From NCBI GenBank assembly GCA_028023455.1, contig JAQFVV010000001.1, forward strand, positions 1,984,001 through 2,048,000: 64,000 nt of DNA, given 5' to 3'. Positions 52,043-64,000 of the stretch are shown here, in pieces. The notes beneath the pieces are model-generated. The model was not told the origin of the DNA. It was given only the letters and a program-made list of their open reading frames with translations, and did not search any database. The position numbers and the translations under genes are program-made. The DNA is from Epiperipatus broadwayi (Eukaryota > Animalia > Onychophora). The first letter of the stretch is position 1, and each line of letters opens with the position of its first letter.

Positions 52043-52631
52043 TTATCCATTTATAAATGTTTAATTAGAAAGCATTAACCTTAGAAGAGTAGTTAATGAA
52101 AACCAACTACCCCAGGCCAAGTGTTAAAGTAAATCTGACAGGCTTGACTGAATTCAAAAGGAGGATCCAAATACAAGAGCCCTTTTTTAAATGCCACTCT
52201 AGATGTAATATAGAGAACAAAGCACTATAGTTTATATTTGTAGTGTTAGAAATCAGAGTATAACAAATTTTTCAATATTATAATAAATCCCTCCACTGGT
52301 AGATTATGTGTTGTAAATAATATTTGTAATGGATGTTTTAGATGGAAATATTTAATGTCTGAAGTTATCTATTTATAATTGTTTAATTAGAAAGCACTTA
52401 ACTTAGAACAACAGTTAATAAAAACCAACTGACCCAAACCAAGTGTTAAAAAACACAAATGACAGGCTAAATAAAAAGAATGCAATCAAGCCTGTTGGTT
52501 TTACTTTAACGCTTGACTTGGAACAATTGGTTTTCATTAATTACTATTCTAAGTTGGATGCTTTCTAATTAAACAATTATAAATGGATAACTTCTCACAT
52601 ATATTTCCATCTAAAACATCCATTAAAAATA
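52043..52631. repeat. Direct-plus-inverted triplication (copy 52043-52146; foldback arms 52321-52468 and 52489-52631)
   Basis: TTTAATTAGAAAGCA...AAAACCAACT...CCAAGTGTTAAA...GACAGGCT occurs twice in direct orientation and once inverted. Confidence 0.85.
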
Positions 52632-53170
52632 TTACATTATACATACATATATATATGTACACTATATATGCATAAATATGCTGATTATAAAGTTTTTAAT
52701 GCCTTTTTAATAAAATGTAAATTATACAATAATACTTAATCAAAAAACCTAAGTTCCAGAAATAATTTGGAATCACACAAAGTACAACCATCAGAAAACA
52801 CAACTGTTATTACTATTGTCTTTATTATTATCAATAATTGTATGAAATAATGTAAATAGACAATAATAGTAAAAAGATATATTTTAATTCATTAATGGAT
52901 TTATATGTAGGTTTTGATTTATTTTAATGATTTATATTGGTATTGGTTGTTTTAATTTCATTATTGAACACTAGATGGTTTTATGTCTGTAATAGTTCAT
53001 TAACATAATAGATTATTAACATTTGAAAAGGGCACCAAATCAGATGCTGAAAAAAGCTTTTTATTTATATAAAAAAATTTGATATTTATATAACTGTTGT
53101 AAGAATTTATTATTTTCTGATTATTATTTTAATTCATTAGAATAGCAATAACTCAAATTGTGTTATTTAC

Positions 53171-53253
53171 CATTTTTTTATCATCTTCTGTTAACACTGC
53201 TGCATCCGATTCATCTTCCAGTTCCAAAAACACAATATAATAGGGTGAAAAAT
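53171..53253 (-). CDS. GHDC: Penultimate coding exon of the same GH3-domain gene
   Basis: TTTTTCAG acceptor and GTAAAT donor flank 83 nt (2 nt + 27 codons) encoding FSPYYIVFLELEDESDAAVLTEDDKKM (cf. the GH3 PxHYxxFxEL motif). It joins in phase 0 to LDLALCEE at 27710. Confidence 0.85.
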
Positions 53254-56200
53254 CTGAAAAATATTTGATTAAAAATATAAATAAAATAAAATATAACTAC
53301 AGTAAATGTAAACATATTTATATCATGAATATAAATAGTCTACTTTGAGATATATTCATTTACTCCTTCAGGCTATCTATAGTATATGTTAAATAACATC
53401 CCAAGATTTACAGATTTCTAACATCACACAGAAATTAGATTGGCAATGCAGTCTATATCTGTAGATTTTTTTGGATCTGCATTTAGAAATGTGACACATA
53501 TTCAAACTATATGGTCTAAAATACATATTCAACACTAAAATTTTGGAGTCAGATCATCACCTTATCAATAAATTTGAAATCAGTTCAGAATTCTATTTAT
53601 TGTATAAATCACATTTAACTTTTCAAATTATAGAAAACTGGATACAATTCTACAAATAATAAATACCAAAGTGTAATTTTTCATGATTTATACTGACCAA
53701 TCACATTCATATAAACAATAGAAATATTATTGCACTCTTCACAAATAATCTCAATAACTATAAAGTAAAGAATTAAGAATACCAGTTTGACAAAATGTCT
53801 GCACTACCAATTTGAAATCCTTCATTGTGCCAGACAAATCAAAAAATAAGCTTTTGAAAATATAAAATTTTTTTTACATCTCATAACTAGAAATTTTTTA
53901 AAGTCATATAAGTATAATATCAGAATTCTAATGGGGATAAAATTTCTATGTTTAAAATCAAATTTAACTTGGGAGAATTAATAAAAAAACTATGGAGCAA
54001 TTTTCAATGCAGAAGTATATAGACAAGGATACATATTATTTTCCACCTTGTTTAATGTTTCATGTAGAGTATAAGAAATGTATCATCAACATGAAGGACT
54101 TGAAAAAATTCATATAAAGGAAAGAAGCATATTGAAGCAGTCAATCTTTGCTTAAGATTGAGTTTCATGTTTCCATCTACTAACCTGTACTCAAACCCTA
54201 TATCCCATCCTGCTCCTTTCGTCGTATTTATATATTTTATGTATATTTTTGAGATGCGCACTTAAGTTATAAAATTTTAACGTTTCAATAACATTTTTTA
54301 AAATTATTATTAATTCTTTTTTTATTAATTATTAGTTCTTTTTTTATTAAAGTATTATAGATGCGGCTCAAATATATATATAGGAACAAAAACTTACTAA
54401 CAATATTGATTTTTAAATATTTTATTATACTCATTCTTTAAACTTTTCTTTCAAAGTATTTTTTTTTCCTATTAAACTATACTTTTCTTTTTAAATCCAA
54501 AATGGAAGATGCAATTGTAAATTGTCTAAAAATAATAAAAGGGTTAGAAACACTATTGTTTTAATCTAGGGAAGGTATTTTTAATTAAAGTTTTTACTTA
54601 AAATGGGATTAAGATTAAAGATTTTCTTTGTTATAAACATTTTTGTCAAATCTATTTCTAATCTGGAAATAGATTTGAATTTATTTTTGGACGTTATTTA
54701 AAAACAATGAACTAAATAATTAAAAGCATTCCAGAAATACCAGGGCAAAGTATAAAATGGCCGGTTTTTAAATTACCAAGAGATTAGCTACTATTTAAAG
54801 AACTGTGCAGTTAACTGAATCCAAGCTGTGTTAAAATGTAAGCATAGAAAGCTCATCACCTTTCTGACCCATGAGGGTCATCTTCCGCTGCCATTATATC
54901 ATGCTCCCGTAGAATGAAGCAAGAGCCCGACTGGAGAATTGTGGAATGCTGAATAAAAGCTTGCTGTTATTTAAGAACCAATTGCCATGCACGAGCTGGA
55001 CTTTTTAATATGAACTCTTAAAATTGGTGAAAGGTAAATTTCCAAGCCACCACCAAAAAGTAAATCTAGCTTGCCTAATTAATCTTGAATTCTACTATCA
55101 AGATTTCCCATGTATTATTTAACTTTGCCTTTTTAATCAATATGTAAAATGTAATTTGCTCTAAATGATTTCTATATATTTAATTTTCTCTCATATGCTC
55201 TCATTTTCTTTAATTTTGGTGCGGTCATTTATTTATAGTTATTTATCACTTAATTTTATATGTCTATTTTAGTTATTAATATGCCAATTTCAAACAATCT
55301 GACGAGTTGAATTTCTAAAATCTTTTCTTTCTTTTAAGTAAATAAACCTCATGAATCAAGATTATTAATGTCCCTTTAAAATATAATGCGTTATTAATTA
55401 ATACACTCGCCAGATTGTTTTTACGTCAACATTTTGTTTATGCTTTAATATAAAATATATATATATTTATTTAACTCTGGATTTTCTATCCGGAGTGAAT
55501 CCAGAACTCAAGCTAATTAACGCTTTGAAACCTTGTTTATTTTATAAATTTTATTATTCAATTCTGAAAAGGTGACCGATTAGTTGTTTTTTATAACTGC
55601 TAGTTTTATTTTACATACTCGTAAAATATCAAATACAGTCCTTATATATTCCAGTTACTATAAAAACCACGAAGATGGGATTGAATTATTTTAAAATATC
55701 AGAAAAGGAAAGAGGGTAAATTTTAATATTTTAGTTAAGTAAAATCTTGGGTCTATATTGAAGCGTTCAGTGTGTTTGCACACACAGAGCTTCATGTTAG
55801 TTGTTGGAAATAGCATACATCTATAGATTTTTAAAGCTCAAATATCTAATTTTTCATTTTTATTTGTTTGTATAGGTGCGTGTCTTGATGAATGAGAGGG
55901 CTCATGTATATATATTGTTTTATTGAAATGCATTTTTTTATATATATTTAGAAAGAAAAATATATTTCCATTGTCTTATATATTTGTACTAAAGGCGATT
56001 CTTTCCTTGCGAATAACATTTTGATGATTCTGTTTTTTTTTCTTAAACATTCCGAAAAATGTAGTTGCATGTAAGTGTGAATTTATTTTCTCATCCTTGA
56101 GGCCATTAAAAAGCAAGTAAGCTTTTCATACCTTGATGTAATCTTAACAGGATTGTGTCACCTGTTTTAGATAAAAGATCAACCCAGCTAGTTACATGGA

Positions 56201-58795
56201 AGTGTTAAATTATTTTCTTATCTTTAAACTGATTTAAATCAAAGATCAATCATGCAGTCTGTTTTCATTTCTAACCAAGGCAGTTATAGTATGGGTGTTA
56301 AAAAAATATATAGAAAACAAAGAGTGGCTTAGCAAAAGTTTTTATAAATACTGGGCTAAATTTTCGAGAGGGTTCAGTCAAAGTCAAAGAACCAAGACGT
56401 AAAACTCAAGCAGTCAGAGAATAAAAATAAAGTTGTTGGCAGTAAAAAAAAAAAAAGTTTGTGCTTTTTAAAGCAAAAGTTTTAAGAGAAAAGTGATTCT
56501 CAACTACTAGAGCAATTGACTATATTTAAGCTAAGAAGAGATCCACACTATGATTTGTGAGTAGGACAAATTTACTTTTCCCTTCTCTGAAAAATCTCCA
56601 GAAAAATGCATCTAAAGAAGAGGAAGAAAGACAATTGATCCCATGCTGCTGCTATGAAAGAAGATGGAGAACCAACGTTGAAGCCGGTCTATCCTGAGTC
56701 CAGTAAAGCCCAAGGTCGACCCTGACAATGAGTGAACCAGTAGGAAAATATCTGCCTCAAGCAAACTGACTCCGTAATCTATCACAAGTATAAACTTTCT
56801 TCATTAAAAAAATTATTTATATCTTAAGAATGCCTTCTATAAAAATTCGAACCTTTAATTTCCTCAGATCTATAAAATTCGTAAAAGACTTTCTTAAAGA
56901 GATGTGTTTCAAAAGGACGGTTATATATATATGAGTGTTTTAGTTTTTTGACTATCTTAAAAAATGTGTTTCAAAAAAGACAGTGATAGTTTTTATTATT
57001 ATTATTATTGCTTTTGACAAGTCAATTTAAATTACAACTAGATTACTTGTTAATGGTTAAAACAAAAAAAAAAGTGTAATGTATAATTCTAAGTGGAACA
57101 AAAGATTATTATAGAGTTTATAATTGCAGCTTTTATATATTTTATTTTGAGATATGCCGGTATGTTTTTTTTTAAGTATAATATATATTTGATTGATTGA
57201 CTTATTTGTGCCAATTTAGTTAAGTATGGGGACAAATGATATTACAGTATGAAACCAATTTATGTATAAATTTGTTTGCTTTGTCCCGAATCTAAAGGGG
57301 TAAAGATTCATTTTGAATGATAAAATAAGAATCAATCAAAGTTAAATTTCTTAAATCGCGTCTAAGTCTGGCTTAGTTAAAATGTCATTTATTTAAAAAA
57401 AAAAAAAGAGAGAAAGAAAAGAAATCAAATATCTGTATAAAAATCCGCCCTCTTCCTATATATGTATAATCACAATACCTTGTTAAAGAAATTTAAAATA
57501 TGAATGAGTGTTAAGATTTTATTTAATTTAGATAAGATTCTTTGTGACAATTAAAAAAATGAAATAATGTATATATGCGTTTATTTAAATGTAGAAATAA
57601 AAATAATAATAATGACAGTGCTTCTTTTTAAAATCAAAAATGGGCAATATTACTTATTGCAAAGATATGTGTTCATCTCACTCTATATGTATATTTAGTG
57701 ATGCATGCATTTGGGGAAAGAAATATCCCAGCAGTAGTATATTTTTTGCCTCTTTAGTATTTTATAGTTAAGATTTATATTTGAAACACTTGGGCGTTTT
57801 ATAGCCAATAAGATATGGTTGTCAAATTTCCCCATTATTACTTATTAAATACAGGTTTAGGAAAATATCTATGCAGATATAAGTTAATGCTTTTTAATGG
57901 GCAAATATATCAGTGGCTCAATATATTGATCTGTGTCTATATGGCTTTTAATAAAGAATAGATGTCGAGTATGCTATGCGGACTGCCACACGGATATTTT
58001 ACCTGTCCTGGCAATACGAGATAGCCAAGGTTTTCTTTGAGCTAATGAATGAGTAGACTCTATAACAATAGAGATTCAAAGCCCACGCTCTATTATTTCC
58101 TACACAAGCCAAGCTAAATGCGGATGTGTTATCATAGGAACATATATATATTACTGCTCAACAAAGGAGATTGGCCCATGTTTGCCAATGCTAATAATAT
58201 AGCCAGCACAGGATTCAAACCCAGACGCCACTGAATGCTGTAATTAGATTTCTTAATCATATCTGTTGTTAATTCTGTATGAAATAGATAAGCCATATTT
58301 TTCATATAACTATTAATAATGAAAAGAGCTAAAATTATGCTTTTGTCCATAACTCCTGCTGGGAATACTAACAATAAAATATAATAATAATAATAAATAT
58401 ATATATACTTAACTTCCCCTATGTATGTAAACACACGCATAAATTTATTATATATATATATATTCATTTGGCCTCTGACTTAATATAACCAGGTATTGTG
58501 TTTGCTCTTCATAATTGGCATATTAATTGCTATGGTGGCATATCTCTTGATAAAATATTATTCTTAATATAAAAATTTGTTCTATGATGACACATGTATA
58601 ATACTGATTATTTACTATGTGTGTAGCTATCATTTCTGGTTAATTTATAATTATTGTTTTGATTCACAATTGTTGTTGTCATGAACTCCAGTATGACTTC
58701 ATTACGATGCACACACATATCTAATGCTGATGTTCATTATTGTAATCGTTAGATTTAATAGTTCATAATCTTGGTTGTCATTATTGACAGGTGAC

Positions 58796-59041
58796 TTCTT
58801 TGTAAAAATTATACATTTATCCTAGTGATATCTAAAATACTGTACTTTTGTGAATAACTTATGTTTGAATATTGTAATTCTTGGTAAAAATTATACATTT
58901 ATCCTAGTGATATCTAAAATACTGTACCTTTATAAATAACTTATGGTTGAATATTGTAATTCTTTGTAAAAATCACATATTTATCCTAGTGATATCGAAA
59001 TTCTGTACTATTATCAATAACTGATAATCAAACATGGTAAT
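58796..59041. repeat. Minisatellite, 3 x 82 bp
   Basis: Units start at 58796, 58878 and 58960: TTCTT.GTAAAAAT.ATACATTTATCCTAGTGATATC.AAA.T.CTGTAC. Confidence 0.92.
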
Positions 59042-59299
59042 TATTATTTTTTGGCTTAAATGTAAACCTATACATGGATTGTAATAAGATTCCAACATGG
59101 TTATTATTATTTATATTTTCTAATGAATCGTGTTAATAAATTGTATATATTTACACCGTTGTCATGTCATTCCCTGGTTCACCATATCCACTCAACCACA
59201 TCCACACTTGATTAAGTCATATATGTATGTATCCAAAACCTATGAAATATTAAAAAATAATATTTTGAGCTATATCAAAGTATTTAGTGAGTATCTTAG

Positions 59300-59565
59300 A
59301 TTAAATTAATAAAGTCTAATGCAGGATAGGCTCAGTTTGAATAAAGAGTCTTTGTTTCTACCATGACCACCGGGACCGAAGAAAAAATGATGACCATTAA
59401 TAGCATCAGGAGCGTTGGTTGGATAGTGGAGATTTTGGAGCACTGGCAAATAGGTTAAAGCTTAGTACTGTTCCGCAAATACCATATCCCGAACATACTG
59501 GGTTTGAAGTACTTTTGCTAGGTCTCTGAATCTTGTTGGCTGATCATACGATTCTGAACGTTACA
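59300..59565 (-). mobile_element. LTR-like segment related to 16086 onward
   Basis: The minus strand begins TGTAACG and contains CAACAAGATTCAGAGACCTAGCAAAAGTAC and ATTTGCCAGTGCTCCAAAAT, colinear with similar words at 16107-16225. Confidence 0.4.
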
Positions 59566-59817
59566 ATATATATTATAACTGCATAGTGTATTATTTCTCT
59601 AAATTATGGCATTCAAATAAGGGTCATTCATTTTAAAGCAGTAAACTTATTCAATGTCATTAATGACATTTACCCGTATTGCGTTACTGACATTTGGCCT
59701 TATCTTTGTGAATTATATATATATATATTACGTGCTTCTAATCTAATCTGGGGGTTACGACAAGATCGAACCCATAGATTTCTCGTTATGTCCTGTCCCA
59801 TGGGGACTTATTCCATA

Positions 59818-59992
59818 TAAAATGCCTCTGACAGTGATTCCCGTAAGTTTGGCACATGCTATGCATATCCACTTTCTTCGTATAAAAAGGCCTCTGACTG
59901 TGATTCCCTAAGTTTGGCACACACTATGCCCATCCACTTCGTACAAAAAGGCCTGTGCGTCGGCGATGTCCACAGCATGCCTATCCACTTCG
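59818..59992. repeat. Short tandem repeat, about 3 diverging units of 50-65 bp
   Basis: AAAA.GCCTCTGAC.GTGATTCCC.TAAGTTTGGCACA..CTATGC..ATCCACTT occurs twice, plus a third degenerate unit. Confidence 0.8.
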
Positions 59993-62419
59993 TCTTTCAT
60001 CTAGAAGCACGACTTTTCCTGTTATTTCTTGGTTAAAATGTCAGTACCGCAAACTTCTTCGTATATTTATTTCTTTTGCTTCATGACCCAGTTTTAATGC
60101 TCTAATATTAAAATTGCGCTCTGCTTAAATTATATATAAATGCCAAATATTACTAGTTTTATTAATTAAATTTATTTCAATCTTATACAATCCCACCGTC
60201 GTAACATTTCTGTATTTAAGAGTATCTATATGCCTTGGGGAAAAGTAAAGCGTTCTTCTTACCAGCGCTAATTAACAGAATTTTCATTAAATATTTTTAT
60301 CATATAATCAAATATGTTTTACAAATGTATTTTATGTATTTTTACGACTGTAATGGCATGAAAATGGTTTATATTATATCTGTAATGAATCTCGGAACGC
60401 TCCCCGAAATAATGTTAGTCACCATGTTTCAGAACCGTAATCCAAAGCATTAACAGCAATATTACGTAATTCTTTCTAATAATTGATTGGCATCTTAATA
60501 TTGGACCCACCAAAGATGTGTGCTTATTTATAATATATTATTTAGCTAACAAAGAGCATATGAGAAATAATAGTGTGAATGACACTATGTAATCATATAT
60601 CGCTTGCTCATTCACGCACATACTAATGGTTGCAATTAATTTATAAATGTATGTAAATAATTTGTCACTATATTAAACTATATTTTATTGTCTAACTTAT
60701 TTGAGTAGTTCGAATTCCTTTTCCTCCACTTCCACACATACAGCTATGCGTGTATATATTTTAGTTAAGTCATAGTAATAGTTGTCTCATTGTCTTCTCC
60801 GCTTTGCTAGTGGGTCGGATTAAAATTAATTCTCATGTGCCATCACTATTATGTTATTCTTTAGATGTTAGATCTGGGGCTTAGAGAGTGAGTTCGAATC
60901 CAGGCTGGTCCTTGACCTCAATCTCGGGCTTGACTGGGTTTGAAATACATTTTGTGAGTTCCAGCTCATGTTAGATGGATAAACATGTTTTGACCGGTAC
61001 AATATTTTAATTTATGAAAATAATGAAGATTCTATACACGTCACACAAGAAATTATTTATCTAATCAAACAATATGGATGCAATGATAATTTTAAAAGAA
61101 CACAAACTATATCAATCTCAGAGAAAAAAAAAAAAATCACATAAACATCAAAATAAGACAGAAAAGCTAGATTAAACATAACTACTACAGTCATTAAGTA
61201 TCAAATGACAAAATAATGGAAAGGCTAAAACACACACACACAAAATCAAAAAACAAACGATGCAAAAGGAATGCTCATTAAGAGTTTTTGCAACTTGAAT
61301 GCTTTTTAAGCAATATAAACTTAAAATTAAAAGTCAGAAAATTCAAAGAAATTTTTTTATTATATGATAAATGAAAAGATAAAAAAGAGCAAAAAACAGC
61401 ATTACCAAAGAAAGTAAATAATGAATATTTTTGTCATGCAGAAAATTAATATAAAGATCAAAACAAATGTCAATGGAATATATGAAAATAGGTATGTTGG
61501 AAGAAAATAACAAGCAAAAAGACTTATCTTCTAGATATCTTAACTATTTTATCTCCTTAATTTTGCATTCTGTATATTCCTTGCTCTATAATTTCTTTAA
61601 AGTACATGCTCAAAGTAACTGTCTCATACTTTTTAAAATTTTAAATTGTTATCTCCTCCACTCAAACAATACTTCTAAATTGCTAATTTATTTTCTGAAC
61701 TAATTTTTTAAATAATAATCATTTCACAAGGCATATTGTGATTCTCTTTGCTTAATATATGCATAAAAGCAATAATATATGCTATCATCCTTCTCTAGCT
61801 ACTACTATAAACATGAGTAATTAATCAAAAGATATCATATGGCCATAGTAATCAAATCTTTAGATTAAGATTACACATAAACAGTCAACAATTATCTTTA
61901 CTTCTTTTATACAATTGTCAAAGTGCCCAAACGAGCATATAACTAAGAATAATATAGAAAAGTAAGTTTACTATTAGCTGAAAGGGAACTCTTTGATTCC
62001 TCTTTGAGGCCTTAAAGAAATTAAGCAGAAGCAAATTCTTAATATCTACTCCTGTATGTTTTTGTCATTGTAGCTATTATTACAATGTGACCATATAGTA
62101 CACAAACATGGATGAATTGCTTACCAACATGCATCAGCCAATGTGTTAAATATATTGGCTTTTTACCTTTGAGTTTAAGATCAAAAAAAGAGCATAGTGT
62201 TTCTTCTCAGTTGCCTAATAATTCTGAACTAAAACATCATCAGTTCATCTTTTTTAAAGACAGGCTGAATGTATGTATGAATGGTCTCAATTACATATCT
62301 ACAATCATGACAGACAAAACTAAATTATGGCTTTTATTTCCAGGAGGCTATAAAGTTGTCAGCTGAGATAGTTGTAATTGAGGCAACTAATATTAAGAAT
62401 CCATTGATTGTTAGATCTG

Positions 62420-62960
62420 ACTGCCATTCAATGAAAAATTTTCAAATATTAAGAAGATTGCAGGAATTGGAAGAACTCTCTAACATTAAAAAGAATATTG
62501 TATTTTGTGAAATTAGAAAAAAAAGTTAAGAGACAATTGAAAACACAATCAGAGTGAGATTCCTTAAGTGACAGAATACCACTGTGGAGATTGAATGTAT
62601 ATCAGACAGAGTGACAAGATTAGTTATTCAATTTAATGAAAGTTAACAAATGTAAATAATTCAGATGTAATATCAATAAGTTGTCATTATGATAAAGAAG
62701 TAGAGAATTTTTATATAAATCCACAAAATGCTTTGGATCATATCAAATAATATTTTAAAATTATTATGGGAGACTTTAATGCAAGAGCTGGAAAATGATT
62801 AAAAAATGGAAATGCTGCTGGTATATTTGGTTACAATGAGAGCAGAAATGGATTATATTTTGATTACTAGAAAATATATATTTCAAGATTGTAATGTCTT
62901 AATAGATCTAATATATGAAATGATCAATAATTAGTGAGATGTTAAGATACTGGAAAACTG
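62420..62960 (+). mobile_element. RTE-like APE endonuclease remnant
   Basis: KIIMGDFNARAGK...GIFGYNESRNG matches the GDFNAxVG...GxFG...NxNG motif. Many stops. Confidence 0.7.
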
Positions 62961-62984
62961 TTAAGTCAGAAGCAAAATTCTACC

Positions 62985-63790
62985 TACAGTCACGCCTTTC
63001 AGTGAAAGCCAGAATAATCAATGGATACAAGAAAGTTAGTGCATAATATCCCCACCTACTCATCCAATATCCCCAGACTAGTACCTAGCTTGTGGCTTTT
63101 GTCAGTGAGAAGCCTTGGATCTGAGAGCATTGCACCTAGACCTTAAGATCTAATACAAGCCTCCACCAGCCACCTCTTATCTTTTTAGTTAACTATAAAG
63201 CCACTAGATGATAGGGATTTTATGCACAAACCTTGCATTCATTGATTACTCTGGCTTGCACTGAGTGGCTACTATATGGAGAGTTTAGCCTCCGTGTAAC
63301 TATAAAGCTCATATTCTTGTATAGTCATATAGAACTGAATTCAGTTCAGCATCTATACATTTTGGTATCTTTGGTTTTTTAATAGCAACAATCATTATAA
63401 TGCTAGTGGACAGGACCACCAAACATCACATGATCACCATTATTTATACTTACATAAGCTGTTAATACAGATGCAAAAGTCTCACACAGTAGCACAACTC
63501 AGTGCAAACCAAAGTAATCAATAGAAGGTTTGTGCATAAAATCTGCCTTAGATCCTAAAGTCTAGGTGCAGTGCTCTCAGATCCAAGACTCCTCACTGAT
63601 GAAAGCCACAAGCTAGAAACTAGTCTGGGGATATTGGATGAGTAGGCATATATAGGAATTTTATGTACAAACCTACTTGCATCCATTGATTACTCTGGCT
63701 TGCAGTGAGTGCACTACTGTGTGGAAAGTTTTGCCTCTGTGTTAACAGCTTGTGTAAGTATAAAGAATAATGATCATGTGATGTTTAGAG
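62985..63790. mobile_element. Rearranged cluster of retrozyme-like family segments in alternating orientation
   Basis: Approximately: minus 62985-63195 (core mutated to CTGACAA...GGTACTAGTC), plus 63200-63295, minus 63300-63543, plus 63546-63790 with an intact HHR. Confidence 0.88.
63576..63642 (+). ncRNA. Type I hammerhead, best-preserved copy of the retrozyme family
   Basis: CTCAGATCCAA-GAC-TCCTCA-CTGATGA-A-AGC-CACAA-GCT-A-GAA-ACTAGT-C-TGGGGA-TA-TTGGATGAG. GUC triplet ends at 63625. Confidence 0.85.
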
Positions 63791-64000
63791 GTTTAACTGT
63801 TAAGAAAGACAAAATACTAATAGTTGATATTCCTAACCTTCAGAAACATTCCAATGAAAAATTAAATTAAAATGTTTTAATTATTTTTAAAATATAACCA
63901 CACTTTAAAGATGATTCAGATTTAACCAAGATGAATAAGAAAATAATTGATGCTCTACTAAGAATTAAAATAAAAGTAGCCGCTATAAAAACACAATAAT

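Noticed and set aside
56066-56140. Two GTAAG...AG segments of about 31-34 nt resembling tiny introns
   Set aside because: No flanking coding frame could be built, and such motifs arise by chance in AT-rich DNA.
32714-62366. Most 60-110-aa ORFs in the supplied track (I/F/L/K/Y-rich)
   Set aside because: Their composition matches random AT-rich open frames, with no recognisable motifs or splice support.

Overview
Very AT-rich, CpG-depleted eukaryotic (probably invertebrate) genomic DNA; the taxon cannot be fixed from the sequence. The only recognisable host gene is the 3' end of a GH3-domain gene (GHDC-like) on the minus strand: an 83-nt exon at 53171-53253 splices in frame across a ~25.5-kb intron to the terminal exon at 27489-27710. 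The rest is mostly decayed transposon DNA: a head-to-head pair of truncated Penelope-like elements (RT + GIY-YIG), two hAT transposase pseudogenes, a hAT-type MITE, L1/Tx1-like, CR1/L2-like and RTE-like non-LTR remnants, LTR-like pieces, short tandem duplications and several foldback palindromes. The most notable signal is non-coding. At least four unrelated families of type I hammerhead ribozyme (HHR) motif occur here: (1) a ~410-450-bp tandem retrozyme-like family (three-unit array at 45.4-46.6 kb, further copies at 21.3, 31.2 and 63.0-63.8 kb); (2) a mirror-image HHR pair in a 326-bp palindrome at 31.65-31.98 kb; (3) a tRNA-headed SINE-like element with an HHR at 2.1-2.26 kb; (4) a U3-A8 core-variant HHR in the Penelope-like element 3' repeat. 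All folds were worked out by eye, no searches were run, and ribozyme activity is untested. Boundaries of decayed elements are approximate.
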